Source of the DNA: Eledone cirrhosa
Lineage: Eukaryota
Reading direction: 5' to 3'
Assembly: GCA_964016885.1 (NCBI GenBank)
Contig: OZ024743.1
Location: 50,964,001 to 51,028,000 of the forward strand
Length of the DNA: 64,000 nucleotides
The translations under genes were made by a program, and so were the position numbers. Positions 22,634-32,900 of the stretch are shown piece after piece (within the stretch, counting starts at the first letter, position 1; the number at the start of each line of letters is the position of its first letter). Below the pieces are notes generated by a model. That model had not been told where the DNA came from. It saw only the letters and a list, made by a program, of their open reading frames with translations, and did not search any database.

Positions 22634-23920
22634 GTTTCTTTATTAACCACAAAGGCCTTACACCAAGAAAACATTAAGGATAACACAGGAAAAACATTAA
22701 GTGTGGGGGGTTTGCATGTAAACAGGTTTAATATAATTGTTTCTACTTTTGGCACAAGGCCAGCAATTATATCAGTGTATTACTGATACTTTATTTTATC
22801 GACCCAGTTAGGATGAAAGGCAAAGTTAACCTCGGCGGGATTTGAACTCAGACCATAAAGGGCCGTAACTCTATGCTGCAAAGTATGGCATCCGACCCTC
22901 TACCGATACTGCCAATTCACCAGGTTTAATATAAGGGAGATAAATATAAAATGTTTACGAATATTCCTCAATAGGGAAGAGACATCTGAGGGTTACTTGT
23001 GGAAAAGCCCCACAAAACCATGGTTGCTCTGACCACTAGACCATGTACCCACTCTCAGTTCTTACAGGTGTATATTCAGAATAGGCCCATTGACTTAAAC
23101 CATGCTCACAACTCTCATCCACCTTTCAACAAAATGGCTGATAGAAAATACTTCCCTTAGCCACCCTCTCTATGATGTATTGCTTTAAGGCAGAGGTTGT
23201 CATGGATGGATCTTTTCACAATCGCGCCTCTCTACCAGACCATCAATGACAAGCACCAACCTCATCACTACACTTTGGCTAAAATTGTCAATTTAGTTCC
23301 CCTTGTTTGAGTCCTTTCTTAGCAATGCCCTCACCTCACAGAAATGGAAATTCTCCTGTTCTGCAAGTTGGCAGAGATGTCAGCAAACAAGTCTGGCATG
23401 TTTGCTTAAAGCTTGTTGGGCAGACCATCCAAACCAGATGATTTGCTTCTCATGCAGTTAGCCAACGTGCCCCATTCTTCATTGGCTGTTATCAGCTTTT
23501 CGCAACTCTCTGCCTCCCTTGCCGAGAGCTGTAGCATGCTACTGAGGTAGGCAGTGGAGTCTATCCTCCAATCCAGTCTGCCACTGCTCCCAAACAGTTG
23601 AACTGTTTGGCATCAAGTACTATGCACCCATCGTGATCTGCCAAAGACGAAAGCATGGCTTTGTTGCCATACTACATCTCTGCCACTCAGGACCATTGAA
23701 CAGCTTTCGTCCCCTCATGTCTAAGAGCACTCGCCCTAGTTCTGACAACGCAACCTAGCTTAGCATTAAAGAATTGGTCTAGGGCCAATCTCACTGCAAT
23801 GTTAATCGACTCTTCTAGCTTTCTAACGAACTCTCCCTCTTCTCTACTTTTCTCTATCACTATAGATTTATTAGACGTTATCGATTCTATTCTAATAACC
23901 CTTTTCAGGGCTAACCACCA
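22634..23920 (-). pseudogene. Decayed, internally deleted L1/Tx1-clade LINE running up to the satellite
   Basis: 3' end GTTTCTTTATTAACCAC is homologous to 9101. Minus-strand motifs include WWLALKRVIRIESI...GCVVRTRASALRHEGTK (post-endonuclease linker, 23.7-23.92 kb), KSSGLDGLP (KSPGxDG motif, 23.43 kb) and LLRKDSNKGN*IDNF. Confidence 0.8.
22737..22920 (-). mobile_element. SINE family B, full length, inserted in the LINE 3' UTR
   Basis: A-box TGGCAGTATCGG, B-box GAGTTCAAATCC, 14-bp TSD CAGGTTTAATATAA (22723-22736 / 22921-22934). Confidence 0.88.
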
Positions 23921-23921
23921 A

Positions 23922-26900
23922 TAGAGTTTGGGGTGTCTGTGGTAGTGTTTGGGGTGTCTATGGTAGTGTTTAGGGTGTCTATGGTAGTGTTTAGGGTGTC
24001 TGTGGTAGTGTTTAGGGGGTCTGTGGTAGAGTTTGGGGTGTCTATGGTAGTGTTTGGGGTGTCTATGGTAGTGTTTAGGGTGTTTGGGGTGTCTGTGGTA
24101 GTGTTTAGGGTGTCTATGGTAGTGTTTGGGGTGTCTGTGGTAGTGTTTAGGGTGTCTATGGTAGTGTTTAGGGTGTCTATGGTAGTGTTTAGGGTGTCTG
24201 TGGTAGTGTTTGGGGGTGTCTGTGGTAGTGTTTCGGGTGTCTGTGGTAGTGTTTGGGGTGTCTGTGGTAGTGTTTAGGGTGTCTATGGTAGTGTTTAGGG
24301 TGTCTATGGTAGTGTTTGGGGGTGTCTGTGGTAGTGTTTGGGGGTGTCTGTGGTAGTGTTTCGGGTGTCTGTGGTAGTGTTTGGGGTGTCTGTGGTAGTG
24401 TTTGGGGTGTCTATGGTAGTGTTTAGGGTGTCTATGGTAGTGTTTAGGGTGTCTGTGGTAGTGTTTGGGGGTGTCTGTGGTAGTGTTTGGGGTGTCTATG
24501 GTAGTGTTTAGGGTGTCTATGGTAGTGTTTAGGGTGTCTGTGGTAGTGTTTCGGGTGTCTGTGGTAGTGTTTGGGGTGTCTATGGTAGTGTTTAGGGTGT
24601 CTATGGTAGTGTTTAGGGTGTCTGTGGTAGTGTTTAGGGTGTCTGTGGTAGAGTTTGGGGTGTCTATGGTAGTGTTTCGGGTGTCTGTGGTAGTGTTTGG
24701 GGTGTCTATGGTAGTGTTTAGGGTGTCTATGGTAGTGTTTAGGGTGTCTGTGGTAGTGTTTAGGGTGTCTGTGGTAGAGTTTGGGGTGTCTATGGTAGTG
24801 TTTGGGGTGTCTATGGTAGTGTTTGGGTGTCTGTGGTAGTGTTTGGGGTGTCTATGGTAGTGTTTAGGGTGTCTGTGGTAGTGTTTGGGGTGTCTATGGT
24901 AGTGTTTGGGGTGTCTATGGTAGTGTTTAGGGTGTCTGTGGTAGTGTTTGGGGTGTCTATGGTAGTGTTTAGGGTGTCTGTGGTAGTGTTTGGGGTGTCT
25001 GTGGTAGTGTTTGGGGTGTCTATGGTATTGTTTGGGGTGTCTATGGTAGTGTTTGGGGTGTCTATGGTAGTGTTTAGGGTGTCTATGGTAGTGTTTAGGG
25101 TGTCTGTGGTAGAGTTTGGGGTGTCTATGGTAGTGTTTAGGGTGTCTGTGGTAGAGTTTGGGGTGTCCGTGGTAGAGTTTGGGGTGTCTGTGGTAGTGTT
25201 TGGGGTGTCTGTGGTAGTGTTTAGGGTGTCTGTGGTAGTGTTTGGGGTGTCTATGGTAGTGTTTAGGGTGTCTGTGGTAGAGTTTGGGGTGTCTGTGGTA
25301 GTGTTTGGGTGTCTGTGGTAGTGTTTGGGGTGTCTGTGGTAGTGTTTAGGGTGTCTATGGTAGTGTTTAGGGTGTCTGTGGTAGTGTTTAGGGTGTCTGT
25401 GGTAGTGTTTGGGGTGTCTGTGGTAGTGTTTGGGGTGTCTGTGGTAGTGTTTGGGGTGTCTATGGTAGTGTTTAGGGTGTCTGTGGTAGTGTTTAGGGTG
25501 TCTGTGGTAGAGTTTGGGGTGTCTGTGGTAGTGTTTGGGGTGTCTATGGTAGTGTTTGGGGTGTCTGTGGTAGTCTTTAGGGTGTCTGTGGTAGAGTTTG
25601 GGGTGTCCGTGGTAGTGTTTGGGGTGTCTGTGGTAGTGTTTAGGGTGTCTGTGGTAGTGTTTAGGGTGTCTGTGGTAGTGTTTGGGGTGTCTGTGGTAGT
25701 GTTTGGGGTGTCCGTGGTAGAGTTTGGGGTGTCCGTGGTAGTGTTTGGGGTGTCCGTGGTAGTGTTTGGGGTGTCTGTGGTAGTGTTTGGGGTGTCTGTG
25801 GTAGAGTTTGGGGTGTCGGTGGTAGTGTTTGGGGTGTCTGTGGTAGAGTTTGGGGTGTCTGTGGTAGTGTTTGGGGTGGTTGTGGTAGTGTTTGGGGTGG
25901 TTGTGGTAGTGTTTGGGGTGGTTGTGGTAGTGTTTGGGGTGGTTGTGGTAGTGTTTGGGGTGTCTGTGGTAGTGTTTGGGGTGGTTGTGGTAGTGTTAGG
26001 GGTAGTTGTGGTAGTGTTTGGGGTGGTTGTGGTAGTGTTTGGGGTGTCTGTGGTAGTGTTAGGGGTGTCTGTGGTAGTGTTTGGGGTGTCTATGGTAGTG
26101 TTTGGGGTGTCTATGGTAGTGTTTGGCGTGTCTATGGTAGTGTTTGGGGTGTCTATGGTAGTGTTTAGGGTGTCTGTGGTAGTGTTTAGGGTGTATGTGG
26201 TAGTGTTTGGGGTGTCTATGGTAGTGTTTGGGGTGTCTATGGTAGTGTTTGGGGTGTCTATGGTAGTGTTTGGGGTGTCTATGGTAGTGTTTGGGGTGTC
26301 TATGGTAGTGTTTAGGGTGTCTGTGGTAGTGTTTAGGGTGTATGTGGTAGTGTTTGGGGTGTCTATGGTAGTGTTTAGGGTGTCTATGGTAGTGTTTAAG
26401 GTGTCTGTGGTAGAGTTTGGGGTGTCTATGGTACTGTTTAGGGTGTCTGTGGTAGAGTTTGGGGTGTCCGTGGTAGAGTTTGGGGTGTCTGTGGTAGAGT
26501 TTGGGGTGTCCGTGGTAGAGTTTGGGGTGTTTGGGGTGTCTGTGGTAGTGTTTAGGGTGTCTGTGGTAGAGTTTGGGGTGTCTGTGGTAGTGTTTGGGGT
26601 GTCTATGGTAGGGTTTAGGGTGTCTATGGTAGTGTTTAGGGTGTCTGTGGTAGTGTTTAGGGTGTCTGTGGTAGAGTTTGGGGTGTCTGTGGTAGTGTTT
26701 GGGGTGTCTGTGGTAGTGTTTGGGGTGTCTGTGGTAGTGTTTAGGGTGTCTATGGTAGTGTTTAGGGTGTCTGTGGTAGTGTTTGGGGTGTCTGTGGTAG
26801 TGTTTGGGGTGTCTATGGTAGTGTTTAGGGTGTCTATGGTAGTGTTTGGGGTGTCTGTGGTAGTGTTTAGGGTGTCTGTGGTAGAGTTTGGGGTGTCTGT

Positions 26901-29900
26901 GGTAGTCTTTAGGGTGTCTGTGGTAGAGTTTGGGGTGTCTATGGTAGTGTTTGGGGTGTCTATGGTAGTGTTTAGGGTGTCTGTGGTAGTGTTTAGGGTG
27001 TCCGTGGTAGTGTTTGGGGTGTCTATGGTAGTGTTTGGGGTGTCTGTGGTAGTCTTTAGGGTGTCTGTGGTAGAGTTTGGGGTGTCCGTGGTAGTGTTTG
27101 GGGTGTCTGTGGTAGTGTTTGGGGTGTCTATGGTAGTGTTTAGGGTGTCTGTGGTAGTGTTTGGGGTGTCTATGGTAGTGTTTAGGGTGTCTGTGGTAGT
27201 GTTTAGGGTGTCTATGGTAGGGTTTAGGGTGTCTATGGTAGTGTTTAGGGTGTCTGTGGTAGTGTTTAGGGTGTCTGTGGTAGTGTTTGAGGTAACTGTG
27301 GTAGTGTTTGGGGTGTCCGTGGTAGAGTTTGGGGTGTCTGTGGTAGTGTTTGGGGTGTCTGTGGTAGTGTTTGGGGTGTCTGTGGTAGTGTTTGGGGTGT
27401 CTGTGGTAGAGTTTGGGGTGTCGGTGGTAGTGTTTGGGGTGTCTGTGGTAGAGTTTGGGGTGTCTGTGGTAGTGTTTGGGGTGTCTGTGGTAGAGTTTGG
27501 GGTGTCGGTGGTAGTGTTTGGGGTGTCTGTGGTAGTGTTTGGGGTGTCGGTGGTAGTGTTTGGGGTGTCTGTGGTAGAGTTTGGGGTGTCGGTGGTAGTG
27601 TTTGGGGTGTCTGTGGTAGAGTTTGGGGTGTCGGTGGTAGTGTTTGGGGTGTCTGTGGTAGAGTTTGGGGTGTCGGTGGTAGTGTTTGGGGTGTCTGTGG
27701 TAGAGTTTGGGGTGTCGGTGGTAGTGTTTGGGGTGTCTGTGGTAGAGTTTGGGGTGTCGGTGGTAGTGTTTGGGGTGTCTGTGGTAGTGTTTGGGGTGTC
27801 TGTGGTAGAGTTTGGGGTGTCTGTGGTAGTGTTTGGGGTGTCTGTGGTAGAGTTTGGGGTGTCGGTGGTAGTGTTTGGGGTGTCTGTGGTAGTGTTTGGG
27901 GTGTCGGTGGTAGTGTTTGGGGTGTCTGTGGTAGAGTTTGGGGTGTCGGTGGTAGTGTTTGGGGTGTCTGTGGTAGAGTTTGGGGTGTCGGTGGTAGTGT
28001 TTGGGGTGTCTGTGGTAGAGTTTGGGGTGTCGGTGGTAGTGTTTGGGGTGTCTGTGGTAGAGTTTGGGGTGTCGGTGGTAGTGTTTGGGGTGTCTGTGGT
28101 AGAGTTTGGGGTGTCGGTGGTAGTGTTTGGGGTGTCTGTGGTAGTGTTTGGGGTGTCTGTGGTAGAGTTTGGGGTGTCGGTGGTAGTGTTTGGGGTGTCT
28201 GTGGTAGTGTTTGGGGTGTCTGTGGTAGTGTTTGGGGTGTCTGTGGTAGAGTTTGGGGTGTCGGTGGTAGTGTTTGGGGTGTCTGTGGTAGAGTTTGGGG
28301 TGTCTGTGGTAGTGTTTGGGGTGGTTGTGGTAGTGTTTGGGGTGGTTGTGGTAGTGTTTGGGGTGGTTGTGGTAGTGTTTGGGGTGGTTGTGGTAGTGTT
28401 TGGGGTGTCTGTGGTAGTGTTTGGGGTGGTTGTGGTAGTGTTTGGGGTGGTTGTGGTAGTGTTTGGGGTGGTTGTGGTAGTGTTTGGGGTGTCTGTGGTA
28501 GTGTTTGGGGTGGTTGTGGTAGTGTTAGGGGTAGTTGTGGTAGTGTTTGGGGTGGTTGTGGTAGTGTTTGGGGTGGTTGTGGTAGTGTTTGGGGTGTCTG
28601 TGGTAGTGTTAGGGGTGGTTGTGGTAGTGTTTGGGGTGTCTGTGGTAGAGTTTGGGGTGTCTGTGGTAGTGTTTGGGGTGGTTGTGGTAGTGTTTGGGGT
28701 GGTTGTGGTAGTGTTTGGGGTGTCTGTGGTAGTGTTTGGGGTGGTTGTGGTAGTGTTTGGGGTGTCTGTGGTAGTGTTTGGGGTGGTTGTGGTAGTGTTA
28801 GGGGTAGTTGTGGTAGTGTTTGGGGTGGTTGTGGTAGTGTTTGGGGTGGTTGTGGTAGTGCTTGGGGTGTCTGTGGTAGTGTTAGGGGTAGTTGTGGTAG
28901 TGTTAGGGGTGGTTGTGCTAGTGTTTGGGGTGGTTGTGCTAGTGTTAGGGGTGGTTGTGGTACTGTTTGGGGTGGTTGTGGTAGTGTTTGGGGTGTCTCT
29001 GGTAGCTTTGGGGTGGTTGTGGTTGTGTTTGGGGAGGTTGTGGTAGTGTTTGGGGTGTCTGTGGTAGTGTTTGGGGTGGTTGTGGTAGTATTTGGGGTGG
29101 TTGTGGTAGTGTTTGGGGTGTCTGTAGTAGTGTTTGGGGTGTCTGTAGTAGTGTTTGGGGTGTCTGTGGTAGTGTTTGGGGTGGTTGTGGTAGTGTTTGG
29201 GGTGTCTGTGGTAGTGTTTGCGGTGGTTGTGGTAGTGTTTGGGGTGGTTGTGGTAGTGTTTGGGGTGGTTGTGGTACTGTTTGGGGTGTCTGTGGTAGTG
29301 TTTGGGGTGGTTGTGGTAGTATTTGGGGTGGTTGTGGTAGTGTTTGGGGTGGTTGTGGTACTGTTTGGGGTGTCTGGTAGTGTTTGGGGAGGTTGTGGTA
29401 GTGTTTGGGGTGTCTGGTAGTGTTTGGGATGTCTGTGGTAGAGTTTCGGGTGTCTGTGGTAGTGTTTGGGGTGTCTGTGGTAGTGTTTGGGGTGGTTGTG
29501 GTAGTGTTTACGGTGGTTCTGGTAGTGTTTGGGGTGATTGTGGTAGTGTTTGGGGTGTCTGTGGTAGTGTTTGGGGTGTCTGTGGTGGTTGTGGTAGTGT
29601 TTATGGTGGTTGTGGTAGTGTTTGGGGTGGTTGTGGTAGTGTTTGGGGTGTCTGTGGTAGTGTTTGGGGTGTCTGTGGTGGTTGTGGTAGTGTTTATGGT
29701 GGTTGTGGTAGTGTTTGGGGTGGTTGTGGTAGTGTTTGGGGTGTCTGTGGTAGTGTTTGGGGAGGTTGTGGTAGTGTTTGGGGTGTCTGTAGTAGTGTTT
29801 GGGGTAGCTGAGGTAGTGTTTGGGGTGGTTGTGGTGGTATTTGGGGTGTCTGTGGTAGTGTTTGGGGTGTCTGTGGTAGTCTTTGGGGTGTCTGTGGTAG

Positions 29901-32900
29901 TGTTTGGGGTGTCTGTGGTCGTGTTTGGGGTGGTTGTGGTAGTGTTTGGTGTGGTAGTGGTAGTGTTTGGGGTGTCTGTGGTAGTGTTTGGGGTGTCTGT
30001 GGTAGTGTTTAGGTTGGTTGTGGTAGAGTTTGGGGTGGTTGTGGTAGTGTTTGGGGTGGTAGTGGTAGTGTTTGGGGTGTCTGTGGTAGTGTTTAGGTTG
30101 GTTGTGGTAGAGTTTGGGGTGGTTGTGGTAGTGTTTGGGGTGGTTGTGGTTGTTTACGGTGTTTGTGGTAGTGTTTAGGGTGTCTGTAGTAGTGTTTGGG
30201 GTGTCTGTATTAGTGTTTGGGGTGGTTGTGGTAGTGTTTGGGGTGTCTGTGGTAGTGTTTGGGGTGGTTGTGGTAGTATTTGGGGTGTCTGTGGTAGTGT
30301 TTGGGGTGTCTGTGGTAGTCTTTGGGGTGTCTGTGGTAGTGTTTGGGGTGTCTGTGGTCGTGTTTGGGGTGGTTGTGGTAGTGTTTGGTGTGGTAGTGGT
30401 AGTGTTTGGGGTGTCTGTAGTAGTGTTTGGGGTGTCTGTGGTAGTGTTTAGGTTGGTTGTGGTAGAGTTTGGGGTGGTTGTGGTAGTGTTTGGGGTGGTA
30501 GTGGTAGTGTTTGGGGTGTCTGTGGTAGTGTTTAGGTTGGTTGTGGTAGAGTTTGGGGTGGTTGTGGTAGTGTTTGGGGTGGTTGTGGTTGTTTACGGTG
30601 GTTGTGGTAGTGTTTGGGGTGTCTGTAGTAGTGTTTGGGGTGTCTGTATTAGTGTTTGGGGTGGTTGTGGTAGTGTTTGGGGTGTCTGTGGTAGTGTTTG
30701 GGGTGGTTGTGGTAGTGTTTGGGGTGGTTGTGGTAGTGTTTGGGGTTGTTGTGGTATTGTTTGGGGTGGTTGTGGTAGAGTTTGGGGTGTCTGTGGTAGT
30801 GTTTGGGGTGGTTGTGGTACTGTTTGGGGTGGTTGTGGTACTGTTTGGGGTGGTTGTGGTAGTGTTAGGGGTGGTTGTGCTAGTGTTTGGGGTGGTTGTG
30901 GTGTTTGTGATGGTTGTGGTTGTGGTAGTGTTTGGGGAGGTTGTGGTAGTGTTTGGGCTGTATGTGGTAGTGTTTGGGGTGTCTGGTGGTGTTTGGGGTG
31001 GTTGTGCTAGTGTTTGGGGTGGTTGTGGTAGTGTTTGAGGTGGTTGTGGTACTGTTTGGGGTGGTTGTGGTAGTGTTTGGGGTGGTTGTGGTAGTGTTTG
31101 GGGTTGTTGTGGTAGTGTTTGGGGTTGTTGTGGTAGTGTTTGGGGTGGTTGTGGTACTGTTTGGGGTGGTTGTGGTAGTATTTGGGACGGTTGTGGTAGT
31201 GTTTGGGGTGTCAGGTGGTGTTTGGGGTGTCTGTGGTAGAGTTTCGGGTGGTTGTGGTAGTGTTTGGGATGTTAGGTAGTGTTTGGGGTGTCTGTGGTAG
31301 AGTTTCGGGTGGTTGTGGTAGTGTTTGGGGTGGTTGTGGTAGTGTTTACGGTGTCTGGGGTAGTGTTTGGTGTGGTTGTGGTAGTGTTTATGGTGGTTGT
31401 GGTAGTGTTTGAGGTGGTTGTGGTAGAGTTTGGGGTGTCTGTGGTAGTGTTTGGGGTGGTTGTTGTAGTGTTTGGGGTGGTTGTTGTAGTGTTTGGGGTG
31501 TCTGTGGTAGTGTTTGGGGGTGTCTGTGGTAGTGTTTGGGGTGTCTGTTGTGGTAGTGTTTGGGGTGTCTGTGGTAGTATTTGGGGTATATGTGGTAGTG
31601 TTTGGGGTGTCTGTGGTAGAGTTTGGGGTGTCTGTGTTAGTGTTTTGGGTGTCTGTGGTAGTGTTTGGGGTGTCTGTGGTAGTGTTTGGGGTGTCTGTGG
31701 TAGTGTTTGGGGTGGTTGTGGTAGTGTTTGGGGTGGTTGTGGTAGTGTTTGGGGTGGTTGTGGTAGTGTTTGGGGTGGTTGTGGTAGTGTTTGGGGTGTC
31801 TGTGGTAGTGTTTGGGGTGGTTGTGGTAGTGTTTGGGGTGGTTGTGGTAGTGTTTGGGGTGGTTGTGGTAGTGTTTGGGGTGTCTGTGGTAGTGTTTGGG
31901 GTGGTTGTGGTAGTGTTAGGGGTAGTTGTGGTAGTGTTTGGGGTGGTTGTGGTAGTGTTTGGGGTGGTTGTGGTAGTGTTTGGGGTGTCTGTGGTAGTGT
32001 TAGGGGTGGTTGTGGTAGTGTTTGGGGTGTCTGTGGTAGAGTTTGGGGTGTCTGTGGTAGTGTTTGGGGTGGTTGTGGTAGTGTTTGGGGTGGTTGTGGT
32101 AGTGTTTGGGGTGTCTGTGGTAGTGTTTGGGGTGGTTGTGGTAGTGTTTGGGGTGTCTGTGGTAGTGTTTGGGGTGGTTGTGGTAGTGTTAGGGGTAGTT
32201 GTGGTAGTGTTTGGGGTGGTTGTGGTAGTGTTTGGGGTGGTTGTGGTAGTGCTTGGGGTGTCTGTGGTAGTGTTAGGGGTAGTTGTGGTAGTGTTAGGGG
32301 TGGTTGTGCTAGTGTTTGGGGTGGTTGTGCTAGTGTTAGGGGTGGTTGTGGTACTGTTTGGGGTGGTTGTGGTAGTGTTTGGGGTGTCTCTGGTAGCTTT
32401 GGGGTGGTTGTGGTTGTGTTTGGGGAGGTTGTGGTAGTGTTTGGGGTGTCTGTGGTAGTGTTTGGGGTGGTTGTGGTAGTATTTGGGGTGGTTGTGGTAG
32501 TGTTTGGGGTGTCTGTAGTAGTGTTTGGGGTGTCTGTAGTAGTGTTTGGGGTGTCTGTGGTAGTGTTTGGGGTGGTTGTGGTAGTGTTTGGGGTGTCTGT
32601 GGTAGTGTTTGCGGTGGTTGTGGTAGTGTTTGGGGTGGTTGTGGTAGTGTTTGGGGTGGTTGTGGTACTGTTTGGGGTGTCGGTGGTAGTGTTTGGGGTG
32701 TCTGTGGTAGTGTTTGGGGTGTCTGTGGTAGAGTTTGGGGTGTCGGTGGTAGTGTTTGGGGTGTCTGTGGTAGTGTTTGGGGTGTCTGTGGTAGTGTTTG
32801 GGGTGTCTGTGGTAGAGTTTGGGGTGTCGGTGGTAGTGTTTGGGGTGTCTGTGGTAGAGTTTGGGGTGTCTGTGGTAGTGTTTGGGGTGGTTGTGGTAGT

